Numbered from the whole stretch's first letter, positions 37,859 through 51,512 are shown. The stretch: 63,177 nt of DNA, filler included, from Pirum gemmata (GCA_002812295.1; 23 parts of 23 records of this genome joined end to end with filler, not necessarily neighbours in it); one strand, 5' to 3'. Notes: generated by a model from the letters alone, not told the origin. Program-made: numbers and translations.

Positions 37859-40241
37859 CATAAACCATAAACCATAAACCATAAACCATAACCACAACCA
37901 TAACCATAACTATAACTAACTATAACTATAACTATAACTAAAACTATAAATATAAATATAACCATAAATATAACTATAACTATAACTATAACCATGATAA
38001 CCATCATAACCATAATTATAACTATAACTATAACGATAACTATAACCATAACCATAACTATAACTATAACCATAACCATAACCATAATCATAACCATAAC
38101 CATAACGAAATAAGTACACTTTTTCGCCATCATCACTTTCTAAAAATTGTAATTATAATAGTAATGTTATCAATAAACTATAAACATAACTATAACTATA
38201 ACCATAAACATGACTATAACTAGAACCATAAACATATCTATAACTATAACTATAACCATAACCATAACCATAACCATAACCATAACTATAACCATAACTA
38301 TAACCATAACCATAACCATATTATCAATAAACTATAAGCATAAACCATAAACCATAAACCATAAACCATAAACCTTAACCATAACCATAACCATAACCAT
38401 TACCATAACTATAACTCTAACTATAACTATAACTGTAACTATAACCATAACCATAACCATAATCATAACCATACCCGTAATTATAACTATAACGATAACT
38501 ATAATGAAAACGATAACGATAACTATAACCATAACCATAACCATAACCATAACCATAACGAAATAAATACAATTCTTCTCCATCATCACTTTCCAATAAT
38601 TATAACTATAATAGTAATAGTATCAATAAACTATAACCATAACCATAAATCATAAGCCATAAACCATAACCATAACCATAACCATAACTATAATTGTAAC
38701 TATAACTATAACTATAACTATAACTATAACTATAACTATAACTATAACTATAACTATAACTATAACTATAACTATAATTATAACTATAAATATAACGATA
38801 ACGATAATGACTATAACCATAACCATAACTATAACTATAACCATAGCCATAACGAAGTAAATACAATTCTTCGCCATCATCACTTTCTAATAATTGTAAC
38901 TATAATAGTGATATTATCAATAAATTATAATCATAACCATAAACCATAAACCATAAACCATAAACCATAACCATAACCATAACCATAACCATAACCATAA
39001 CTATAAATATAACAATGGCTATAACTATAACTATAACTATAACTATAACTATATGTATAACTATAATCATAACTATAACTATAACTATAACTATAACTAT
39101 AACTATAACTATACTATAATGATAATCATAACCATAACCATAACAATAACTATAGCTATAACTATAACCATATCGATAACCATAACCGTAACGAAATAAA
39201 TACAATTCTTCGCCATCATCACTTTCTAAAAATAGTAACTATAATAGTGATATTATCAGTAAACTATAACCATAGCCATAAACCATAAACCATAAACCAT
39301 AAACATAACCATAACTATAACTATAACCATAACCACAACTATAACTATAACTATAACTATAACTATAACCATAACCATAACCATAATCATAACTATAACT
39401 ATAACACTATAACGATAACCATAACCATAACCATAACCATAACTATGACCATAACCAAAACCATAACCATAACCATAACCATAATCATAATCACGACCGT
39501 AACCATAACAAAATAAATATAATTCTTCTAAATCGTCACTTTCTAATAATGGCAACTATAACAGTGTTATTATAAATAAATAAGCATAACTATAACTATA
39601 ACTATAACTATAACTATAACTATAACTATAACTATAACTATAACTATAACTATAACTATAACTATAACTATAACTATGATCATAACCAAAACCATAACCG
39701 TAGCCATATAACCATAGCCATAACATAATTGTAACTATAATAGCGGTATTATAAATATACGATAAACATAACAATAAACCATAAACCATAACCATAACTA
39801 TAACAATAATTATAAATATAACCATAACCATAACCATAACTATAACTATAACACATAACCATAACTATAACTATAACTATAACAATAACTATAATCATAT
39901 AGCTATAATAGTGGCATTATGAATAAACTAGAACCATGACCATAAACCATAAACCATAACCATAACTATTACCATAACCATAACCATAAATATAAATATA
40001 ACTATAACTATAACTATAACTATAACTATAACTATAATCATAACCATAAACATAACCATATAACCATAACAAAAACATAAAAAATAGTAACGATAATAGA
40101 AGAATTAAACAAATCATAACCATAACCATAACCATAACCATAACCATAACCATAACCATAACCATAACCATAACCATAACCATAACCATAACCGCAACCA
40201 CAACCCAAATCACAGCCATAATAATACAACCATAACAATAC
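37825..40241 (-). repeat. (TTATGG/TTATAG)n satellite with higher-order units
   Basis: Anchor AACGAAATAAATACAATTCTTCGCCATCATCACTTTC recurs at ~38104, 38557, 38851, 39190 and 39506. Confidence 0.9.
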
Positions 40242-40375
40242 NNNNNNNNNNNNNNNNNNNNNNNNNNNNNNNNNNNNNNNNNNNNTTAATTAATTAANNN
40301 NNNNNNNNNNNNNNNNNNNNNNNNNNNNNNNNNNNNNNNNNTTATTGTTATTGTTATTGTTATTGTTATTGTTAC

Positions 40376-40928
40376 CTTTGACTCTAGCTGGAGGTTTTCC
40401 AGCTTCAAGAGTAACAGCATTTTTTAATGCGGCCATCCAATCAGCTTTAGAACTGGTTATTTTAATTGTTAATACATCCTTTTTATCTAATTTTTAATAA
40501 TAATAATAATAAATTACTTTTCAAACTCACACACAAACACACAGAAACAATTAAACACACAAAAACAAAACAATCATACACACAGCACACACACAAGCAC
40601 ACACACACACTTATGCCTATGCTTATGCTTATGCTTATATTTTAGCTCATCGTTATCGTTATCACTACCGTTATCATTATCATTATGATTATCATTATCA
40701 TTATCATTATCATTATCATTATCATTATCATTATCATTATCATTATCACTATCATTATCATTATCAATATCGTTATCATTATCATTATCATTATATCATT
40801 ATCATTATCATTATCATTAATTATCGTAAAAATTTAGAGTTTTGAATTGGAAAAATTCTGTTAACCTTTTTTAAATACACAGCAGTCATCTTTTTCCTCT
40901 AAATCACAGCCTTTAAGAGCAATATCAC
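40376..40928 (-). CDS. Two exons of a PH-domain protein (40928-40866 and 40486-40376)
   Basis: Canonical phase-compatible splice sites give GDIALKGCDLEEKDDCCVFKK-DKKDVLTIKITSSKADWMAALKNAV, with the PH G.I.L..C strand and the C-terminal W..AL helix. Confidence 0.75.
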
Positions 40929-40999
40929 CTGTATAATTAAACAAATGACATTAGGTAATTGTAATGATAATAATAGTTACAACAACAATAATGAATATG

Positions 41000-41992
41000 A
41001 ATGGTGGTTATGTTCATGTTTATAATAATCATCATCAATAATAATCAAAATAACAACAGCTGTGACATAAATGATAATGATAATGATAGTGGTAGTGGTA
41101 GTGGTAGTGGTAGGAGTAGGGGTAGTGGTAGTGGTAATGGTAATGGTAATGATAATGGTAATGGTAATAGTAATGGTAATGGTGATAGTAATGGTAATAG
41201 TAATGGTAATGATCGTGTTAGTAATCATAATCATCAATAATAATCAAAATAACGGTAATGGGTAATGGTAATGATCGTGTTCATAATCATAATCATCAAT
41301 AAAAATCAAAATAACAATAGCTGTGACATAAATGATAATGATAATGATAATGGAAAGGGTAATGGTAATGGTAATGGTAATGGTAATGGTAATGGTAATG
41401 GTAATGGCAATGGTAATGGCAATGGTAATGGTAATGGTAATGGTAATGGCAATGGTGATGGTAATGGTCATGGTCATGGTCATGGTCATGGTCATGGTCA
41501 TGGTCATAGTCATGGTAAGGGTAAGGGTAATGGTTATGATTATGTTCATAACCATAACCATCAATAATAATCAAAATAGCAATAGCTGTAATATAAATGA
41601 TAATGATAATGACAATGATAATGATAATGATAATGATAGTGGTAATGCCGATGCTAATGCTAATGCTAATGCTAATGCTAATGCTAATGCTAATGCTAAT
41701 GCTAATGCTAATGCTAATGCTAATGCTAATGCCAATGGTAATGGTTAAGGTAATGGCATGGTAATGACCATGGTAATGGTAATAGTAATGGTTATAATCA
41801 TGTTCATAATCATAACCATTAATAATAATCAAAACAACAATAGCTGTAACATAAATGATAATGATAATGATAATGATAATGATATTGGTAATGATAATGG
41901 TAATGGTAATGGTAATGGTGTAATGGTAATGGTAATGGTAATGGTAATGTTAATGTTAATGTTAATGTTAGTGGTAATGGTAATGGTAATGG
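41000..41992 (+). repeat. (TAATGG/TAATGA/TAATGC)n intronic satellite with ~270-bp higher-order units
   Basis: Anchor AATAATAATCAAAATAACAA.AGCTGT recurs four times. Confidence 0.85.
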
Positions 41993-42289
41993 GAAATGTT
42001 TTATATACTACGTTTAGCCACATTGATAGTTTTCTTATTTTAAACAATTTAACAACATGCTTAGATACTAAATTAATAAGTATTCCTAAGTTATTTTAAG
42101 AATAGATACTACATTAGTATTAATACTATATATTAATGCCATATATTACTATTTTAAGAAATTTCATATTTTTTTAATGATAAAAGGGAATATTTAAGAA
42201 ACCACGCATATACACACATAATACTAATATTATAAGTGAAATATAAATAAATAATAAAAATATCATAATCCTAATTTGTATATATAAAC

Positions 42290-42734
42290 GGGTTAGGGTT
42301 AGGGTTAGAATTAGAGTTAGGGTTAGGGTTAGAGTTAGGGTTAGGGTTAGAGTTAGGGTTAGGGTTAGGGTTAGGGTTAGAGCTACGGCTAGCGTTACAG
42401 AGGATTAGCGTTACAGAGGGTTAGCGTTACAGAGGGTTAGCGTTACAGAGGGTTAGCGTTGCAGAGGGTTGGCGTTAGGACTACCGAGGGTTAGCGTAAG
42501 GGCTAGGGCTACCGAGGGTTAGCGTTAGGGTTAGGGCTACCGAGGGTTAGTATTAGGGTTAGCGTTGTTAGCGTTAAACGTTGGGGTTAGGTTCAACGTT
42601 GGGGCTAGGGTTAAACGTTGAGGCTAGGGTTAAACGTTGGAGTTACGGTTAGGGTTACAGTTACGGTTACGGTTAGGGTTACAGTCACATTTACGGTTAC
42701 GGTTACGGTTTTACGGTTACGGTTACGGTTACGG
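42290..42734 (+). repeat. Telomere-variant gradient: TTAGGG, TTAGAG, (TTAGCGTTACAGAGGG)n, TTACGG
   Basis: Read directly. Confidence 0.85.
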
Positions 42735-43148
42735 NNNNNNNNNNNNNNNNNNNNNNNNNNNNNNNNNNNNNNNNNNNNTTAATTAATTAANNNNNNNNNN
42801 NNNNNNNNNNNNNNNNNNNNNNNNNNNNNNNNNNGTTTGTTGTGATCTCTTGTTTGCAAAAAAAAAAAAAAATAAATAAATAAATAAATAAATAAATAAC
42901 GTCATCTGTTTTATTAGTGCGTCATTTTGAAAATTTGTGCTTTTCATTTATTTTGTCACCTCTGAATATTATTTCGGTAGGTAATAATTGATATTTTTAA
43001 ATGAATATATATTGGGGAATAATAAAAAGTAGCAAATTGTATTAATTGGGTATTCTTTATTGTATGGCCTACCACACATCAGATAGCTAGACTAGACTAG
43101 TAGACTAGCTAGCTATCATAGGTCTAGTAGATTTTGCTTCCACATCTA

Positions 43149-43402
43149 GGGAGCGTTCAATAATTACGTAACGCTGGGGGGGTAGGTAGGGGGGGTCGGA
43201 TTTTTGTGACAGGCCGTGACGCAGTAGGGGGGTAGGTTTTCGTAATATGACATAACGCAAAAAAAAAAAATACTGTAATTTAGGGTACTATTTTTCCAAA
43301 TAGTTACGTCATAAGGTTAGGTAGTCCTTCTCAAACTTGACACGGGGGGTAGTAGGGTAGGTTTTTGTCCAAATCGGCGTTACGTAATTATTGAACGCTC
43401 CC
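43149..43402 (+). mobile_element. PIF/Harbinger-like MITE family B (254 bp), 26-bp TIR, CTA target duplication
   Basis: CTA|GGGAGCGTTCAATAATTACGTAACGC ... GCGTTACGTAATTATTGAACGCTCCC|CTA. Confidence 0.92.
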
Positions 43403-44143
43403 CTACTAGCTAGCTACTAGAGCTAGCTAGACTATCCCTGTCTACTCTGCCTCTAGCTAGCTCTAGCTAGACTATCCACTACTACTACTATCCCTGACTA
43501 CTATCCATAGACGGGGGTCTATCTATAATAATATTATCGATATCATACAGGCCTATATAGACTCTAAATTAATTATTTTGTTATTATTAAAAATTTTGTT
43601 ATTTGTTATTATTTTGTTATTTGTTATTTGTTATTTGTTATTTTTTATTTGTTATTTGTTATTTGTTATTTGTTGTTTTGTCATCATAAAATATACAAAA
43701 AAGGGTACCAAATTAATACAATATAAATCCATTTCATTTAATTTGGTATATTTTATTATCTACTTATTCATTTAATAAAGTCAATTTAAATATCATAACT
43801 AACCAAATAAATATTTGGAGTAATCAATATTATACCAAACCGATATGACATCTTAGTCACTTTGCAAAAAAATTCGCAGAAAAAACAAAAATGTTTTTTT
43901 CTATCCCAAACGTTTCATTCGCTCGTATCTGTCATAATCTCTAGCTAGAGGTTGAAAGTAGACTAGCCACCCGGATTTACCAGGCTACTACTAACTAGCT
44001 AGCTATAGCTTTTTAGAAATGGGAGTCTAGCCAGGGAGTCTAGCTAACTATGATAGCAGCTTTAGCTAACTTTAGCTATTAACTTTTAGCTAGCTAGGTA
44101 CCTGATATTAAATAGTAGTAATATCATGATATCGATAATTCCT

Positions 44144-44473
44144 ATGATAGCTAGTCATTCTGCAGGTCATTTTGCTGCTATAGGAGAGAGATAGTGCCAC
44201 TAAATACTTATTATTATTATTATATTGTGGATTATTATTATTATTAATATATTGTGGATTACTATTATTATTATATAGTATTGGTATTGGGAGACGAGCT
44301 GGTTATGATAGCTAGTCATTCTGCAGGTCATTTTGCTGTTATAGGAGAGAGATAGTACCACTAAATACTTATTATTATTATTATATTGTGGATTATTATT
44401 ATTATTAATATATTGTGGATGGATTATTATTATTATTATATAGTATTGGTATTGGGAGACGAGCTGGTTATGA
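44144..44473 (+). repeat. Tandem duplication of a ~165-bp unit
   Basis: TATGATAGCTAGTCATTCTGCAGG...GGGAGACGAGCTGGTTATGA occurs twice. Confidence 0.9.
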
Positions 44474-44599
44474 AAATCAAGGAAAACAAGGTGTTATTCA
44501 GGGATAAGTATTGGTCATAATCAAAAAGTAGAAAATATTAGTAGTCTATTGGTTTGAGTAGTTAGCTAGAGCCACTATCATGTTAAAGGTTTTATATAG

Positions 44600-44982
44600 C
44601 GGTTTTCTCATTTATTTTGTCACCCCGAATATTTAGTTGGTTGGCTATAATTTTTTAATTGGCATTAATTAATATTGTTAAATAAATAATCAAATGAAAT
44701 GGATTTATATTGTATTAATTAAATTTGATACTCTTTATTGTATATTTTATAATGACAAAACAACTGAAAAGCACGATCAATATTGTCTATTTCATTACAG
44801 TTGTCCTCTTAATCTTTAATTTGGTACTGTTTACATGTATGATTGAGCTTATTTATAAAATAAAACATTAGGTATAAAATACCAAATTAATTAAAAAATG
44901 TCTGATAGTTTAACCATAATAATAATTTGGTACGTTTATTTCAGTTTTTGGGTACTATCAACACTTTTGAAAAACAACGATA
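44600..44982 (-). mobile_element. Adjacent reverse copies of MITE family A (~44600-44777) and family C (44781-44982)
   Basis: Ends TGAAAAGCACGAT and TATTGTCTATTTC...AAAACAACGATA. Confidence 0.75.
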
Positions 44983-45404
44983 TAGAAGTGATAGTCTATA
45001 GACTCAGTCTAGGTCTATATCTATTATGAATTATCGATATTCATTATGATAGACTACTTCTAGCTAGTTCTAGCTAGTTTGACCTCCTCTACCGCTACCG
45101 ATAGATATGGTCTCTAGCTAGCTAGCTAGCTAGCTAGAGTAACTTGGGGTTAGGGTTAGGATTGTTAGGGTTGGCGTTAGCGTTAGAGTTAGAGTTAGAG
45201 TTATATGGAGTGTTATGGTTAGGGTTGGTTAGGGTTAGGGTTAGGGTTAGGGTTNNNNNNNNNNNNNNNNNNNNNNNNNNNNNNNNNNNNNNNNNNNNTT
45301 AATTAATTAANNNNNNNNNNNNNNNNNNNNNNNNNNNNNNNNNNNNNNNNNNNNTCTCTCACTCACTCTTTTTTTTTAGAATAAAAATTTTATAATAAAT
45401 AAAA

Positions 45405-47621
45405 ATGTCTAAACAAACTCAAAACCACTTAGAAGTTGAAATGGTTAACTTTATGAAAGATAAAAATGTCGACGAAGAGAAAATGCGTCAAGTATTAGAT
45501 AAACATGATAACCATCAATTAGCAATGGAACACGAAAGTCGTGACCACCCTGATACTCAACTAACCACCAGTTCCCGTATCTCCCAACGCTCTTTTCATC
45601 TACCTGAAGCTTTATTTTCAGGCCACAATAACAAAGATAACAAAGCCGATACTACTATCGATGGTCATAACATTGTTCAAATTAGTGAATTAGGTAGCGA
45701 CGTCAATTTAGGCGAAGAAGAACATAAATCAGCTCAATTAACTGTACGCTCTGTACGTCAAATGATGACTGAGACTTTCAACCCTCCCCATCATAACGAT
45801 TACGTCGAGGATACAAAAAATGAAAATACCACTGTCGAACAAGAAATGGTTAGTTTTGAAAAAGCAAACATGAATGCGATTGAATTGGCTTGGCAAGATT
45901 TGTCTGTATTTTCTGCAACCCATCCTTGCCCATCTGGGGATGGTAAAAAAGTATTGTTAAACAAGGCCTCTGGTAAAGCACACGGTTCTTTTATGGCAAT
46001 TATGGGTCCTTCTGGTTCGGGTAAGACTACGTTGATGAATGTTTTAGCATGCCGTGGCTCTAAAGGTATTGATGTTGAAGGAGGAGGATTAATCAACGGT
46101 GAAAAATATGATTTATCCACCTTAAAGAGTTGCTCCGGTTACGTTATGCAAGATGATTTAATGAATGGTATGTTGACAGTTTTTGAAACTTTGTATTTTG
46201 CTGCAGAATTAAGATTGCCTCATAGTGTTAGTAAAGAAGATAAAATCAAACGTGTAAATGAAGTTATTGATATGTTAGGTTTATCTATTTGTCGTAGTAC
46301 TATTATTGGTGACCATATGCACCGTGGTATAAGTGGTGGTCAACGTAAACGTGTTTCCGTGGGAATAGAGTTATTAGCCAGACCTCGATTATTATTTTTG
46401 GATGAACCTACTTCTGGTTTGGATTCCGTTAGTGCTGCTTCTTTATGCGCATTGTTACGTGACTTGGCCCATTCTGGTGAATGTACCATTATCACCACTA
46501 TTCATCAACCTCAAACGAAAATATTTCATATGTTCGACGATTTAATTCTTTTGAAAGCTGGTAAAATCTTCTACTACGGTGGAGCTACAGAAGTTACTGA
46601 CTTCTTTGCAGAATGTGGGTTCCCTTGCCCTAACCATACTAACCCTGCTGATTGGGTGTTGGACGTTATCACGGATCAACCACACAATAAAGACGAAGTA
46701 GAAGCTGCTGAAAGAAAGTTGTTGGAAATGGGTGGTTCAGTTGTAGAAGGTCAAGAAGAAGAAAAAAACAAAAGAAAAGAATTGGCGCAAAAGAAATATA
46801 CGAAAAAAGTTTTCCATCACAATGCTCGCGGAGTAAGTTGGGTACATCAGTTTTACATTTTAATGATTCGTTGTTTTAAAGAACAACTTCGGGCTTGGGA
46901 TTTGTTTTTAACTTTATTGGTACAAAATATCATTATGGCTTTATTAATCGGGGGTGTATTTTGGCAGGTAGGGGACTCAGTGGAACAAACAAAATTATCC
47001 GTTTTATTTTTCTGCGTTATTAATCAAGGTATTTTCAGTGCTTTGATTACCATTAATCAATTTCCACGCGAACGTACTTTAGTTCTTAGAGAAAGAGCTG
47101 CCGGTACTTACAATGTTTCCGCTTATTTCTTAGCTAAAAACATTTCTGATTTAGTTAGTCAAATATTACCTCCTTTAGTTTACAGTTGCATTGTTTATTT
47201 TATGGTTGGATTTCAAAATGATGCTGGTAAATTTTTCATTTTTACTCTGTTTATGATTTTTGGCTCCATGGCCGCTACATCAGTAGCGTTGATGGTTTCT
47301 GCTATTTGCCGAACCACTGAAGCTTCTATCACCATCTTACCTATGGTTCTAGAAGTAAGTCGTTTGTTTGGTGGGTTTTTTCAATCTCCATCAAAGATGG
47401 AGGATTATTTCAAATGGCTGGACGTATTTAGTTATGTTCAATATTGTTACGTGGGTATCACCATTAACGAATTGTCTGGTTTGCAAGGTGGTGACCAAAG
47501 ATTGACACAATTAGGTATGGATGGTGTTTATTCTGTCGGTATGTGCTTTGGTGTAATTTTAACTTTTATAATAGTATGTCGTTTTATTGCTTATTTAGCC
47601 ATGCGATTTATTAAAACTTAA
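45405..47621 (+). CDS. ABCG (White-family) half transporter, intronless, 738 aa
   Basis: Walker A GPSGSGKTT, signature ISGGQRKRV, Walker B LFLDEPTSGLD and TIHQP, followed by a C-terminal ABC-2 TM domain (NBD-TMD order). Confidence 0.97.
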   Translation: MSKQTQNHLEVEMVNFMKDKNVDEEKMRQVLDKHDNHQLAMEHESRDHPDTQLTTSSRISQRSFHLPEALFSGHNNKDNKADTTIDGHNIVQISELGSDVNLGEEEHKSAQLTVRSVRQMMTETFNPPHHNDYVEDTKNENTTVEQEMVSFEKANMNAIELAWQDLSVFSATHPCPSGDGKKVLLNKASGKAHGSFMAIMGPSGSGKTTLMNVLACRGSKGIDVEGGGLINGEKYDLSTLKSCSGYVMQDDLMNGMLTVFETLYFAAELRLPHSVSKEDKIKRVNEVIDMLGLSICRSTIIGDHMHRGISGGQRKRVSVGIELLARPRLLFLDEPTSGLDSVSAASLCALLRDLAHSGECTIITTIHQPQTKIFHMFDDLILLKAGKIFYYGGATEVTDFFAECGFPCPNHTNPADWVLDVITDQPHNKDEVEAAERKLLEMGGSVVEGQEEEKNKRKELAQKKYTKKVFHHNARGVSWVHQFYILMIRCFKEQLRAWDLFLTLLVQNIIMALLIGGVFWQVGDSVEQTKLSVLFFCVINQGIFSALITINQFPRERTLVLRERAAGTYNVSAYFLAKNISDLVSQILPPLVYSCIVYFMVGFQNDAGKFFIFTLFMIFGSMAATSVALMVSAICRTTEASITILPMVLEVSRLFGGFFQSPSKMEDYFKWLDVFSYVQYCYVGITINELSGLQGGDQRLTQLGMDGVYSVGMCFGVILTFIIVCRFIAYLAMRFIKT

Positions 47622-49040
47622 AAATAATATTAATTAAAATAATATATAATTTACAAATAAAATAATAGGGTTTACAAAATAAAAAATAATTTACGAAAAG
47701 TAACAAGCAATAAATAATAAATTTAAACAAATAATAAAAGTGTTATAAAAAACAGAAATAAAATAAATTACTGTTTTATAAATTTTTATTATTATTATTA
47801 TTNNNNNNNNNNNNNNNNNNNNNNNNNNNNNNNNNNNNNNNNNNNNTTAATTAATTAANNNNNNNNNNNNNNNNNNNNNNNNNNNNNNNNNNNNNNNNNN
47901 NNTTGTTATTGTTATTGTTATTGTTATTGTTATTGCTATTAATATTATTATTGTTATTGTTATATTATATTGTTATTGTTATTGTTATTGTTATTGTTAT
48001 TATTATTGTTACATATATTTTAATTAATTATAATTATTAATTGTTATTGTTATTGTTATTGTTATTGCTATTGTTATTAATATTGCCATTAATGTTTTTG
48101 TTATTGTTATTAATATATTGTTATTGTTATTGTTATTAATATTGTTATTGTTATTGTTATTATTGTTATTTTAATGTTATTGTTATTGCTATTGCTATTG
48201 TTATTGTTATTTATATTGTTATTGCTACACGTTGATTGTTATCGTTATTTTTAGTATTATTATTATTATTACTAGTACAGTTATTTTTAAAATGTTATTG
48301 TTATTGTTATTATATACAATATTACGGTTATGGTTATTGTTATCATTGTTATCATTGTTATTATTGTTGTTATTGTTATTGTTATTAATATTGTTATTGT
48401 TACTGTTATTGATTATTGTTGTTATTATTAATATTGTTATTGTTATTGTTATTGTTATTGTTGTTATTGTTATTGTTATAATTTAAATTATTGTTATTGC
48501 TATTGTTGTTATTGTTATTGTTATTCTCGCTCTTGCCCTTGTTATTAATGTTATTCATATATATATGGATATAATATTAATATTAATTGCTAATTATGAT
48601 GGCTAAGGTTATGCATATAATTATTATGATTATGGTATTTTATACATGGTCATGGTCATTAGGTCATTATGTTTATGGTTATGGCTATGTTTATGTTTAT
48701 GGGTATGGTTATGGCTATGGTTACGGTTATGGTCATGGTTATGGTTATGGTTATGATTATGATTACGATTATGAATATGAATATGGTTATGGTTATGGAC
48801 TGTTATGGTATCATAATGAAAATTTTAAAAGTATACATAGGTATATATATTTCAATCTAATATTAATTGTAAAAGTAAGTGTATTGCAATCAAATTTAGC
48901 TTTTTTAGTTCTTTACTTTATTTATTTATTTATTTATTATTATTATTATCGTTTTTTTTTTTAATTTTTAACAAATCTAATTATAATATAATAACAAAAA
49001 AATCATTAATAATAAAATTATTGTCTATGACTATATACAG

Positions 49041-50453
49041 ACACTTTTTCCAGAATATACATCTACGTAATTATCGTGCTTTTTCATTTATTCAAAGTCT
49101 TATTTTTATGGGTTTTTCATTACTAAATATGGTGAAAAGTAAGTCTTAAATTTTGCTTAATTTAGTTATTCTTTGACTTTTTATGGTGTTTTATTATTAT
49201 TATTTATCAAATTAAAACCCTTTTAGGTATAGGTTACTTAATGATTGCTTGTGGGTATTCCTTACGCTATTTGTATGATACCTTTACAACTTATAATATG
49301 CGAAGGTAGATTTTCGCTACTAGTAATTGACCCCGTGAAGGAACCGAGTCGGTTGCGGACAGGGTTAGGGTTAGGTTAGGGTTAGGGTTAGGGTTAGGGT
49401 TAGGGTTAGAGTTAGGGGTTAGGGGTTAGGGTTGAACTGGGCAACACTATTGAAAAACACGATAGTGACAAAATAACTGAAAAGCCAACCTTAGTTCCAT
49501 GTTTCTTACTAATAATAGCATTTAAATTGCGTAAAATAGTAAATTAAATTATAGCAGATACCAATTAAAGTAATAAAATTAACATTAATAGTAATAAAAC
49601 CATAAAATCGGAAAAGTTCTGGCAGCTGTTCAGTAATAATAAAATGACGTCATCTCACCCCTACTCACTTAGTACATTAACGCCAATTTCTGGTCAAACT
49701 CAGCTTCAAATACCCCTACCTACCTACCTACCTACCCCTCGACGTTAATTTCCAGTCAAATAGCACCTACCTACCTACCCTTTGACGTGACGTATTATTC
49801 CAACGCTATTGGTTGCTGCTTTATTGTTTTTTTATATTTTCTTTTGACGCTATCCACCACTCACAAGGGACCCAGAGCCATGCTCCGCGACGAAATAGCG
49901 AAAAAAAAAAATGAATGTATTCGAAAATACACAATAAAGGATTACTAAATTATCATTATGGTTAAACTATCAGACATGTTTTAATTTATTTGGTATTTTA
50001 TAATTAATGTTTTATTTAATAAACAAGTTTAATTATACACTTAACCAGTACCAAATGAAATAGACGATAATAATCATTATATACTATAAATGATATAATA
50101 GACTATGTATGTCATCAAACAAACCCCAAACAATCCACCTCCAGGCATACTACTCTACACAATCTTTACACCCTAACCTTTACCGTAATCTAACATGGGT
50201 TAGGGTTAGGGTTAGGGTTAGGGTTAGGGTTAAGGTTAGGGTTAGGGTTATAGGGTTAGGGTCAGGGTTATAGGGTTAGGGTTAGGGTNNNNNNNNNNNN
50301 NNNNNNNNNNNNNNNNNNNNNNNNNNNNNNNNNNNNNNNNNNNNTTATTAACGCCTAGAGTATGTTAATAAATTATATTATTTATTTATATTTTTACAAT
50401 TTTTCAGTTCGGAAACAGAAGACCAACAGTGCCTTCTTAATAGTAGTGTATGA
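49041..50453 (+). CDS. Possible 3' exons of a membrane protein (49041-49138, 49227-49305, 50408-50453)
   Basis: Phase-compatible GT-AG sites give HFFQNIHLRNYRAFSFIQSLIFMGFSLLNMVKSIGYLMIACGYSLRYLYDTFTTYNMRSSETEDQQCLLNSSV*. No family recognised; the first exon contains a family-A TIR-like stretch. Confidence 0.45.
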
Positions 50454-50606
50454 TTATTGCATATCCCTGCCCTTACTTTTTTTTGGCCTTCTTTGGTTAT
50501 CGTAGTTAACTCAAAGAACGGAAGGTGGTTGATGACGTCACCTCAATGTCGATGCAGATCGTGGCCGTAATAAAAAAATAATTGTAATATTTTTTTTATT
50601 TCGGTT

Positions 50607-50655
<49 letters not shown>

Positions 50656-51512
50656 NNNNNNNNNNNNNNNNNNNNNNNNNNNNNNNCTGTAATAGCTTTG
50701 CCGTTTTTTCTAATCGAGAATTGAACCTTAGTAACTATTATGTGATTTTGTGTGTATGTGTGTATGTATAAATATATAATTACTCGTTATTATTGTATTG
50801 TAATATATTTAAAGTATGTTTATTATTAGTAAATATTAACGAGTTTATAGTTATTACAATTTTGATCTGTTTATAATTCTTTTCCTCACACATATGCTAT
50901 TACTCTTCCTTTATATACATCGTTTGAAATCATTAAAGGAAACCAACCTTTTCAAAGGTGAAAAACGAGGCGAGGGCCACCTATCCTGATATCGCACAGG
51001 TGGACCCTGAATCTATTGGAAATAAAATGATGGACTGGGTGGGTGGTACTATCTAACACCCTGCAACTAGCTAATAACAGGGAGGATGGTCTCACGGAAG
51101 ACATCAGGGTAGAGAAGACCATAAATGTTCTTCTCTACCTTTGATTTATTAGTTCTTTTCATAACGAACACAACAAATTTAGTAACAAATAACAAACACC
51201 AACCACCAACCACCAACCACCAACCACCGATGAAGTTGATTATGATGATGATAATGATGATAATGATGATAATGATGATAATGATAGATAATGATAATAA
51301 TATTATTGTATTATTATTATTATGATTATGATTATACAAACATCTAATCAACCACCCAGTGGCACCCACCACCACCACCACCANNNNNNNNNNNNNNNNN
51401 NNNNNNNNNNNNNNNNNNNNNNNNNNNTTAATTAATTAANNNNNNNNNNNNNNNNNNNNNNNNNNNNNNNNNNNNNNNNNNNNATAATAATAATAATAAC
51501 ACAGAAATAAAC

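Noticed and set aside
37777..42099. YGYSYS, MVIVIV and NGNGNG ORFs
   Set aside because: Hexamer satellite; the real coding exons here are the two short PH exons.
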